From NCBI GenBank assembly GCA_038114465.1, contig JAYNQW010000004.1, positions 89,528 through 153,527 of the forward strand: a stretch of DNA of 64,000 bases, given 5' to 3'. The stretch is from Rhodospirillaceae bacterium (lineage in GTDB: Bacteria > Pseudomonadota > Alphaproteobacteria > Rhodospirillales > CALINB01). Shown one piece after another: positions 48,389 to 56,388 of this stretch (positions are counted from its first letter, which is position 1; each line of letters opens with the position of its first letter). The position numbers were made by a program, and so were the translations under genes. The notes beneath the pieces were generated by a model. That model saw nothing but the letters and a program-made list of their open reading frames with translations, was not told the DNA's origin and ran no database searches.

Positions 48389-48512
48389 ACCCTATTTTTG
48401 CCACATTTTTAAGGCACTCTTGTTGAATACCGCTTCTTTCGTTACTAATAGAGACGGTATAAAACCGGATAACAATAAAATAAATATCATCACGCAATAG
48501 GGAGGAAATCGA

Positions 48513-49553
48513 ATGCGATTTTCATTAAAGACGACAGCTAAATTAAGTCTTGTCGGCTTCGCCGGCTTGGCTTTGATGGGCGGCACCATGGATGCTGCGC
48601 ATGCTTGGAAGCCCTCGAAAAAGCTCGAAATTGTAACTCATGTAGCAACCGGTTCTTCGACATACGCTTTTGCAAAAGCCGTCGAAAAATCGATCAAGAA
48701 ACAACTTAAACATGGTGTCAAAGTGACCTCGATCCGCGGTGCACGCGGCGACCGGGCTCGCCGTCATCTGCGCATCAAAAACAAAGGCAATAATCACATG
48801 ATGCAAGTGATTACGCCTTCGCAGGTTAACAACCCCATTCTCGCAGAACAAAAAACGCGTCCGTGGCACTTTGAGCCGCTGGCCGTTATGGTTGTAACCC
48901 CGCTTTTGTTTACGGTGAATGCCAAAGAATCCCGTTTTGGCAAAGGACCGTACAAATCGATGAAGCAGGTTTTTGACATCGCCAAGAAGAAACCGATGAA
49001 ACTTATCCATGGCGGAAACTCCATGGGTACGGTGGCATCCCTCGTTCATATTATGATCGAGAAAGAACTCGGCATTAAAATGACGTTCACGCCGTTTGAA
49101 TCCGTCGGCATCACAGAGCTGCTGGGTAACCACATTGATTTCATCATGCAAAATCCGGCGCAGGTCAATAACTTGGTCAAAGCCGGCCGCTTTAAGATTC
49201 TCGGCGCTTCCGAGAAACTCGGCGGCTACCCGAATGTTAAAACCTACGCCGAACAAGGCTTCAATTTTAAAGTCTTGAAACAGTATCGCGGTTTGTGGAT
49301 GCCGAAAGGCGTGTCAAAAGAAGCCATCAAATACTGGATGGCCGCTTTGCAAAAAGTTCGCAAGGATAAAGATTTTGTAAACTATGTTACGAAAAACAAT
49401 CTGACAGCTGTTTGGACACCTCGTGCCAAGCTTGCAAAAATGCTTAAAGAAGAATTCGACGCCTATTGGGAACTTGATCACAAGCTCAACCTGATCGGTA
49501 AGAAGATCAAAAAAATGGGCAAAAAGAAAAAGAAGAAAAAGAAAAGCAGTTAA
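48513..49553 (+). CDS. Orphan Bug/TctC-family periplasmic solute-binding protein with poly-lysine C-terminus
   Basis: 346 aa. GGGAGG SD, signal peptide ending AAHA, and a C-terminal GKKIKKMGKKKKKKKKSS. Confidence 0.75.
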   Translation: MRFSLKTTAKLSLVGFAGLALMGGTMDAAHAWKPSKKLEIVTHVATGSSTYAFAKAVEKSIKKQLKHGVKVTSIRGARGDRARRHLRIKNKGNNHMMQVITPSQVNNPILAEQKTRPWHFEPLAVMVVTPLLFTVNAKESRFGKGPYKSMKQVFDIAKKKPMKLIHGGNSMGTVASLVHIMIEKELGIKMTFTPFESVGITELLGNHIDFIMQNPAQVNNLVKAGRFKILGASEKLGGYPNVKTYAEQGFNFKVLKQYRGLWMPKGVSKEAIKYWMAALQKVRKDKDFVNYVTKNNLTAVWTPRAKLAKMLKEEFDAYWELDHKLNLIGKKIKKMGKKKKKKKKSS

Positions 49554-49564
49554 CAAATTAAAGC

Positions 49565-49607
49565 TTACCCCCGCTCGGTTCCCAAACCAGCGGGGGTAAT
49601 GCTTTTT
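49565..49607 (+). terminator. Rho-independent terminator
   Basis: TTACCCCCGCT (49565-49575) pairs with AGCGGGGGTAA (49589-49599), followed by TGCTTTTT. Confidence 0.8.
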
Positions 49608-49736
49608 AGAAACACTTTCCCTTTACGAATTCGATTTTTTCCCTAACATTGATAAATCAATGAAATTGGGCCACAACCCAACACGAAATACTCGCTTCAT
49701 CTCAAGCAAAAATTCTTCAACGGGGAGACACTTGCC

Positions 49737-51419
49737 TTGACGAAAACCAGCCAAGCTCTCGTTCAAACAATGATTGACGCAGGTGCTCAAAGGGCCTTCA
49801 CCTTGCCGGGGCTCGGCATTACATGGACCTTAGACGCCTTTCATGAAAAAAAGGATGAATTTGATGTCATCCTGACCCGGACGGAGCAAATCGCATCCGT
49901 GATGGCCCAGGTCACCGGCCGCCTGACTGGCCGACCCGGTGTATTTATGGGGCAAGGCCCGTTTGCCTCGACAATTGGCGGCTTCGGTATTCTTGAAGCG
50001 TATTTTTCCGGCTCGCCGATGGTGATCCTCACCGAAACGTCCGATTATGACGGCTTCGGTCAGTACGGCGTCTACCAAACCATGACCGGTGATTACGGCG
50101 GCGCGGATATTCAATCCATGCTCAAGGGCATGACGAAATACAGCACCTATGCGACCGAACCGCAGGATGCCGTCTACGGACTACAGATGGCATTCAAGCA
50201 CGCGACCTTGCCCCGCAGTGGGCCGGCAGCCGTGATTATGAAAAGCGGCATTGTCCGGCAAGATGTTCCCGAAGATGCACGTGCAAAACTTTATCCGATA
50301 GACGGTTATCTTGCCTACACCCCGCCCGTGGTCGACAAATCCGCAATCGAAAAAATTGCAACCCTGATTAACGAAGCAAAAAACCCTGCCATTATTGCCG
50401 GGAACGGCGTATTGGCCGCAAACGCGACTAAAACATTGCACGCCATTGCCGAGAAAACCGGCGCCATGGTGGCGACCAGCTACAATGCCAAAGGGTGCGT
50501 GGATGAAACCGCTGATTTTGCCGTCGGCATGATGGGAACCTGGGGCTGCAAAACCGCCAATCGGTCCGTTGCTTCCGCCGATGTCATTATCATGGTTGGC
50601 GTCAGCATGGGACCGGATTACACCCGGTTCCGCGATGCCGATATGATACGCCCCGGCGATCAAACCTTGGTTCAAATCGATATCGATCCGCGTAATGCCG
50701 GCTGGGTGTATCCGGTAGACCTGGCCGTGACAGCCGATGCCGCCGATGCCTTGCAGGCCTTGAGCGAGACTTCGCTGAAATCCGACTCACGGGATCAACG
50801 GGTCAAACACATTGCAAAGATCAAAGATGAAACCGGCTACAATGCCGTTCCCGATCTTCCGGCGGCACAAGGCAGCGTTCATCACGTTGACGTCGTAAAG
50901 GCATTTCAAAAATTCTTAGGCCCTGATGATTATTTAACGTTGGATGCCGGTGCCAACCGCATTTGGACGACAAACAGTCTGCGCATTAAACACCCCGGCC
51001 AGCTGGTCGTTCCCGGCGGAATCGGCGGTATGGGCTGGGGCCCCCCGGCGGCGGCGGCCGTCAAATTGGTGCATCCGGACAAACGTGTCACCAGTCTTGC
51101 CGGTGACGGTGGCTTTTCAACATCCATGCAGGTTTTATCGACCTGCATTCAGCAAGATTTATCGGTTGTCTTTGTAGTTTCAAACAATCAAGGGCTTGGC
51201 ATGGTTCGCGACAATACCGGCGATAATCATGTCGCCGTTGATTTTGATAATGTTGATTTTGCCAAAGTCGCCGAAGGTTTTGGGTGCCGGGGCATGACCG
51301 TCACACAACCCGATCAAATTTGTGATGCCCTTGAAGAGGCTCACCGCGCCGGCGGCCCCGTCGTCGTTAATGTGAGTGTTGATCCCGAAGCAAGTCACCA
51401 CTTAGCAATGGATGCATAA
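49737..51419 (+). CDS. ThDP-dependent enzyme (acetolactate synthase/benzoylformate decarboxylase-like)
   Basis: 560 aa. TTG start 9 nt after GGGGAG. ThDP motif LAGDGGFSTSMQVLSTCIQQDLSVVFVVSNNQG. Confidence 0.8.
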   Translation: MTKTSQALVQTMIDAGAQRAFTLPGLGITWTLDAFHEKKDEFDVILTRTEQIASVMAQVTGRLTGRPGVFMGQGPFASTIGGFGILEAYFSGSPMVILTETSDYDGFGQYGVYQTMTGDYGGADIQSMLKGMTKYSTYATEPQDAVYGLQMAFKHATLPRSGPAAVIMKSGIVRQDVPEDARAKLYPIDGYLAYTPPVVDKSAIEKIATLINEAKNPAIIAGNGVLAANATKTLHAIAEKTGAMVATSYNAKGCVDETADFAVGMMGTWGCKTANRSVASADVIIMVGVSMGPDYTRFRDADMIRPGDQTLVQIDIDPRNAGWVYPVDLAVTADAADALQALSETSLKSDSRDQRVKHIAKIKDETGYNAVPDLPAAQGSVHHVDVVKAFQKFLGPDDYLTLDAGANRIWTTNSLRIKHPGQLVVPGGIGGMGWGPPAAAAVKLVHPDKRVTSLAGDGGFSTSMQVLSTCIQQDLSVVFVVSNNQGLGMVRDNTGDNHVAVDFDNVDFAKVAEGFGCRGMTVTQPDQICDALEEAHRAGGPVVVNVSVDPEASHHLAMDA

Positions 51420-51437
51420 AAATCTAAGGAGAAAAGT

Positions 51438-51989
51438 ATGAGCCGATTAGAAACATTAACCCCTGAGACGATGACGGAAGAACAGCGTAAAGTTCATGAT
51501 GACATCGTTGCCGGACCGCGCGGCAAAATGACGTTGCCAATGAACGCTTGGCTGCGCAGTCCGCCATTTGCCGATGGCGCGCAAAACTTAGGGGCGTTCA
51601 TCCGCTGGGGCTCAACCCTCGATGCCCGGCACGTCGAGCTCGCCATTCTCATTATGTTGCGCTATTGGACAGCACAACCGGCTTGGTATTCGCATGTTCA
51701 GCACGGCCTGAAAGCCGGTTTGGAGCTGGAAATCATTGACGCGATTAAGGAAATCAAACGGCCGGATTTCAAACGATCCGATGATGAGGCCTTGTTTGAT
51801 TTTTGCGTTTCGCTCATTCTTGACCACGAAGTGCCCGACGAAGCTTATGATGCTGCCGTAAAAGAATTCGGGGAACGGGGCGTTATGGAGATCATCGGCG
51901 TGATCGGTTATTACTGCATCACATCGATGACCTTAAAGGCCTTTCGTGTTCCCATGCAGGAAGGTGTCGAACCTCAGCTTAAGGACTAG
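51438..51989 (+). CDS. Carboxymuconolactone decarboxylase/AhpD-like family protein
   Basis: 183 aa with a strong AAGGAG SD. All-helical CMD-family pattern (RHVELAILIMLRYW..., MEIIGVIGYYCITSM). Confidence 0.65.
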   Translation: MSRLETLTPETMTEEQRKVHDDIVAGPRGKMTLPMNAWLRSPPFADGAQNLGAFIRWGSTLDARHVELAILIMLRYWTAQPAWYSHVQHGLKAGLELEIIDAIKEIKRPDFKRSDDEALFDFCVSLILDHEVPDEAYDAAVKEFGERGVMEIIGVIGYYCITSMTLKAFRVPMQEGVEPQLKD

Positions 51990-51997
51990 CTTTTCGT

Positions 51998-52804
51998 TTA
52001 CGCGCCCTGGCTATCAACAAATTTTTCCAATTCAATTGTCGATTCGACAGAAACAAATCGGGCAGGCCCTTCAGTAACTTTTAATGAAATTTTGCTGCCT
52101 TTTGGAATCTCAATAACATCATCACGGCTACATTGCTGGCAATCGCCGTCAACACTGACTTCAAGACCGCCCCGCACCAGATAAATGAACCGTTCATGTT
52201 CACTGGTATGCAGGGGTTCTTCATGTCCCATGGGCATATCGCAAAAGCCAAAATTTAACCGTTCGCCCATGACACGGCGGATGGTTTTGGCCGAATTTGC
52301 CGGCGCGTCGAAGGAATCTATAATGTTGTAATAGGGTGTCCCAAAACCATCGAAAATGGCCGTGGATTTCTCCGGGTCTTTTTCTTCACCGGGCCATTCA
52401 CCCTTGGCATGTTTCGCCCAGACTTCTTCTTCGACAGGCGGTGCATCCGGCAGCGGCTCATCAACGGCGGCGCCCACCATCGACCACGTCGGCTCTTTAA
52501 TCGCGAGATAACACATATCCCCTTCTTCGGCGGCTTTGAGCTGATGCTGCGCGCTCGGCGGCACATGCATTAGTGTTCCCGGCATGATCATGCGGCGATC
52601 CTTGCCGCACAAAGCATTCGCTTTTCCTTCAAGGATGAAGATCATGTAATCATTAGGGTGATAATGGGCTACCGATCCCGTGCTGGTTTCTTTTCGAACG
52701 TGCGCAAAGTAAATATATTTTCCGACGATTTTTCGAGTTTGCCCCGTAGACAAATGAACCGCACGCGTCCGGGCTTCATAGTTTTCGAACCGGTGAAATG
52801 TCAT
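51998..52804 (-). CDS. Bicupin protein (same subfamily as the single-domain cupins), copy B
   Basis: 268 aa. The N-domain has STGSVAHYHPNDYMIFILEG and GTLMHVPPSAQH. The C-domain has LHTSEHERFIYLVRG. Confidence 0.75.
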   Translation of the reverse strand: MTFHRFENYEARTRAVHLSTGQTRKIVGKYIYFAHVRKETSTGSVAHYHPNDYMIFILEGKANALCGKDRRMIMPGTLMHVPPSAQHQLKAAEEGDMCYLAIKEPTWSMVGAAVDEPLPDAPPVEEEVWAKHAKGEWPGEEKDPEKSTAIFDGFGTPYYNIIDSFDAPANSAKTIRRVMGERLNFGFCDMPMGHEEPLHTSEHERFIYLVRGGLEVSVDGDCQQCSRDDVIEIPKGSKISLKVTEGPARFVSVESTIELEKFVDSQGA

Positions 52805-52841
52805 CGTAGCCTCCCTCAGTTTTAATTTATTAATTCGTTAT

Positions 52842-53639
52842 TTATTGATCGATTTTTTCTTCCAAATACGGCATCGAAATAACGGATGCGTAACGAACAG
52901 GTCCTTTCGTTACTTTAGCGGAAAATTTACTCCCTTTCGGAATCTCTAAAACGTCGCCGGGCTCACACGATTTGGCCTCACCGGCAATATATGTCTCCAA
53001 ATGTCCATTAATGAGATAGATAAATTCCTCATGGTCCGTTTTAGGACGCTCGATTTTAGTACCCTCCGGCATATCAGAAAACTCGAACGCGAGCCTCTGC
53101 CCCTCAACCCGCCGAATTCGATTTAATGAAATCGATGGCGCATCAAACGAATCAATCACCGGATAATAACAATGATTTAACCCGTCGAGTATCGCGGAAG
53201 ATTGTTCAGGATTTTTTTCACCGCCCGGCCACTCCCCGGCGGCATATTGCTTAGCGACGTCTTCAACATCCGGCGCCTTATCTGGCAGAGCCTCATCTTC
53301 AGCAACACCCACCATCGACCAGGTTTGGTCTTTAATATAAAGATATTGCATATCTTCTTCTTCGGTTGCCTTAACGGAATGACGGGCGTTTGGCGGAATA
53401 TGAACGAACGTGCCCGCGGGAACCACACGGCGATCCCGACCGACGACGATATTCGCCTTTCCTTTGATGACGAAAACAAGCAATTCGTTGGGGTGATAAT
53501 GAAGCTCTGAACCGGTGCCCGCGGCCTTTGTGACATGGCAAAAGAACATGTACTGGCCTTCAATTTTACGGTTCTGTGCCGTTGTTAAGTGAATCGCGTG
53601 GGCGCGTGCTTTATAATCTTCAAACCGGTGGTATGGCAT
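52842..53639 (-). CDS. Bicupin protein, copy A (tandem paralog)
   Basis: 265 aa from the ATG at 53639. That start (MPYHRFEDYKARAH) aligns with MTFHRFENYEARTR of copy B. GTGSELHYHPNELLVFVIKG. Confidence 0.75.
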   Translation of the reverse strand: MPYHRFEDYKARAHAIHLTTAQNRKIEGQYMFFCHVTKAAGTGSELHYHPNELLVFVIKGKANIVVGRDRRVVPAGTFVHIPPNARHSVKATEEEDMQYLYIKDQTWSMVGVAEDEALPDKAPDVEDVAKQYAAGEWPGGEKNPEQSSAILDGLNHCYYPVIDSFDAPSISLNRIRRVEGQRLAFEFSDMPEGTKIERPKTDHEEFIYLINGHLETYIAGEAKSCEPGDVLEIPKGSKFSAKVTKGPVRYASVISMPYLEEKIDQ

Positions 53640-53791
53640 AGAATGATCACTCCCTTTCACCGCTCATCATATACTCCTTTTAATCGATCGCAAATCCTGC
53701 GCCATATGCACATGGAACCCATCGGCAAAAAAACCGCATGATATAAACAAATTTTGCGTTTAAATTTAGATATTTAGTATACGCAGGCCGG

Positions 53792-54565
53792 TTAAGTGAG
53801 TTGATCCATGAATTCAACCAGCTTAATACACGTCTCCGCACCATGACGTTTCGTCATTTGCAGGCGGCCTGTTTCTGAAGACAGCACTTCACTCAAATCA
53901 GCAAATAAGTCTTTCAATAACCATTGAAATGTCGATTGGGTAAGCTGCAAACTCAGCAAGTCCTGCGCCGATATTTTTTCTGAAGCACCGGAATGATCGT
54001 TAACGAGGTCGACAAACCACGTGGCACTTTCATCGATGCTCTCCAAGTGAAGAGCTAAAGCCACTAAAGCATCAAGCGCCACATGCTGGGCATCTTTATC
54101 GCCGTAAATTTTATTCCAATCGATATTTTCTAAACTGCCATTGGCACGCTTGATGATTTCTTTCGTCATTTCCTGATAACGCTCTATCAGGCTGCGGCCC
54201 AGCAATATGTGGAGAACCGTAAAAAAACCGGGCAATACGGATCGGGATAATTGATGGTCGTCTTTAATGGCTTCGTGAGGATTAACGAGACGGTGTTCAA
54301 ATGCGCGAACGATCAAGCGGCCGAAAAAATTTTCCCGCTTATCGTCTTGCACGCCGAGTGTGCGCAAAACCCTGAGATAGTCCTCAATGTCCATCTGTGT
54401 ATGTTCAGTTTTATCGGCGGCTTTTGCTGGCTTTGGCTTTGCCTTAGCGGTTGTCGTCTTTTGGGCAACTTTGCCATGATCCGTTGCAGGTATAAAAAGT
54501 TCAGCAGGAGCCTCTTCGGCAGGCTGTGCTTTCTTTTGTAAGGAGGCCCCGGATTTATTCGCCAT
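53792..54565 (-). CDS. Hypothetical protein with disordered Lys/Ala/Pro-rich N-terminus
   Basis: 257 aa with no motif I recognise. The N-terminal ~55 aa are low complexity (TTTAKAKPKPAKAADK) and the remainder looks helical. Confidence 0.5.
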   Translation of the reverse strand: MANKSGASLQKKAQPAEEAPAELFIPATDHGKVAQKTTTAKAKPKPAKAADKTEHTQMDIEDYLRVLRTLGVQDDKRENFFGRLIVRAFEHRLVNPHEAIKDDHQLSRSVLPGFFTVLHILLGRSLIERYQEMTKEIIKRANGSLENIDWNKIYGDKDAQHVALDALVALALHLESIDESATWFVDLVNDHSGASEKISAQDLLSLQLTQSTFQWLLKDLFADLSEVLSSETGRLQMTKRHGAETCIKLVEFMDQLT

Positions 54566-54831
54566 GGCGTTTCATTAACCTTCACGTCGTTTCGCTAAAC
54601 CAAATTTCCAAGCAAAGTTCGATTTTGCCCGGATATGTCTACAGGGGTCCTATAAGCTAAATATATTAACAAATAATATAATTAGCACAATATATTGGGT
54701 CCGCATTGCCGAGCACGGGGCAATGAAGAAATCGTCTTTATTTTTTTATGGAGAACCTGGCCGGGCCGATAATGTGCCATAAACCAACCGGTTTAGCGAA
54801 CGAATTTCACAATAACAAACAAGACCAACGT

Positions 54832-54866
54832 AATTCCTTTCAATTTTAATCAAATTGAATGGAATT
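54832..54866. promoter_or_regulatory. Imperfect 15-bp inverted repeat upstream of selA
   Basis: AATTCCTTTCAATTT-TAATC-AAATTGAATGGAATT (one mismatch), about 90 bp upstream of the selA ATG in an AT-rich 390-bp spacer. Confidence 0.25.
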
Positions 54867-54954
54867 TTATATTTGTGATTCGACTTGCTTGACGATCCAA
54901 GTGATGAGCCCTAGCTTACACACGTCTCATAAACCGTCGGGACCGTGTGTACCC

Positions 54955-56388
54955 ATGACTTCCTCCAAAGCCGCTTTGGCTACCATCCCTTCTGTCGATG
55001 CTATTCTGAGATTGCCGTCTATTGAAGCGCTCATTGACACCCATGGGCGAGCGCTTGTAACCGATGCAGCACGGACGACACTTTCGGACCTTCGAAAAAA
55101 AATAACGGCAGAAAACGAATCGTCACAAATCGCCACGGACGAAGAATCGATATCGGCGGTGATATCAAGATTGTTGAAATCGTGGTCCGAACCCAGCTTG
55201 CAAAATGTTTTCAATCTTACCGGCACGGTCCTGCATACAAATCTCGGCCGGGCTTTGCTACCCGAAGTCGCCATCGATGCCATGGTGGCGGCCGGCCGGC
55301 AAGCATCCAACCTGGAATTTAATCTCGCAACCGGCAAGCGCGGCGACCGGGACGATCACTTCAACGAAATTATTTGCCGCTTAACGGGGGCTGAAGACGC
55401 GACGGTTGTAAACAACAATGCCGCCGCTGTCTTATTATGCTTAAACACTTTGGCTCTTCGTAAGGAGGTGCCTGTGTCGCGCGGGGAATTGATCGAAATC
55501 GGCGGATCGTTCCGCATGCCCGATATTATGAGCCGGGCGGGCTGCAAACTGATTGAGGTCGGCACGACAAACCGGACCCATCTGAAAGACTTTGAAGGCG
55601 CAATCAACGAACGGACGGCGCTTTTGATGAAGGTTCACACCAGCAACTATGCCATTGAGGGTTTCACCAAGGCAGTGCCTGAAAAAGAATTGGCCTCTCT
55701 CGCGCACAAAAACGATATTCCGTTTATCGTCGATTTGGGTAGCGGCACCCTGACTGATTTAACCCAATTCGGCCTACCGCACGAACCGATGGCCCAGGAA
55801 ACATTCGCTCAAGGCGCAGATGTCGTAACTTTCAGCGGTGATAAGCTTCTCGGCGGCCCTCAAGCCGGCATTATCGCCGGGCGGGCCGATCTGATCGCAA
55901 AAATTAAAAGCAATCCGATGAAACGGGCGATGCGACTCGATAAAGTTACGATTGCCGCCCTCACCGCCGTGCTGCAGCTATATTTGAATCCCGAAAAATT
56001 AGCGGAACGCTTGCCGACAATTAGATTACTTTCGCGGCCCCAGGATGAAATCAATAAACTTGCTGTTCAAGTACAACCGCATTTGCAAGATTGGCTTGGC
56101 CCCGATTTTCATACCACCATTGAGGATTGCCACAGCCAAATCGGCAGCGGCTCCCTGCCCTTGGCAAAACTGCCAAGTGCTGCTCTCGTTATTCGTTCTA
56201 AGGAGGGCAAACGAAAATCGGGTGCCTTGATGCGCCGTCTTGCCGATGCTCTGCGGAAACTCCCCTGCCCGGTGATCGGCCGCATTCAGGACAATGCGTT
56301 ATGGCTCGATCTGCGCTGTCTTGAAGATGAAGAAGGATTTGCCGCTCAGCTTTCCGCCAAACATGTTCCCATCGAGACGCAATCATGA
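54955..56388 (+). CDS. selA: L-seryl-tRNA(Sec) selenium transferase
   Basis: 477 aa from the ATG at 54955. IPSVDAILRLP N-terminus and the PLP-lysine motif FSGDKLLGGPQAG. ATGA overlap with selB. Confidence 0.9.
   Translation: MTSSKAALATIPSVDAILRLPSIEALIDTHGRALVTDAARTTLSDLRKKITAENESSQIATDEESISAVISRLLKSWSEPSLQNVFNLTGTVLHTNLGRALLPEVAIDAMVAAGRQASNLEFNLATGKRGDRDDHFNEIICRLTGAEDATVVNNNAAAVLLCLNTLALRKEVPVSRGELIEIGGSFRMPDIMSRAGCKLIEVGTTNRTHLKDFEGAINERTALLMKVHTSNYAIEGFTKAVPEKELASLAHKNDIPFIVDLGSGTLTDLTQFGLPHEPMAQETFAQGADVVTFSGDKLLGGPQAGIIAGRADLIAKIKSNPMKRAMRLDKVTIAALTAVLQLYLNPEKLAERLPTIRLLSRPQDEINKLAVQVQPHLQDWLGPDFHTTIEDCHSQIGSGSLPLAKLPSAALVIRSKEGKRKSGALMRRLADALRKLPCPVIGRIQDNALWLDLRCLEDEEGFAAQLSAKHVPIETQS

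Noticed and set aside
48543-49256. 237-aa ORF on the - strand
   Set aside because: It is antisense to the Bug/TctC-family gene, which has an SD, a signal peptide and a family-typical length. Shadow ORF.
51438-51989. The AhpD/CMD-like proteins (also 26106..26486) as candidate selenoproteins, given selAB in the window
   Set aside because: Both ORFs are continuous with ordinary sense codons, and there is no in-frame TGA at the redox-motif position. No ORF pair elsewhere in the window was seen to be joined by a single in-frame TGA.
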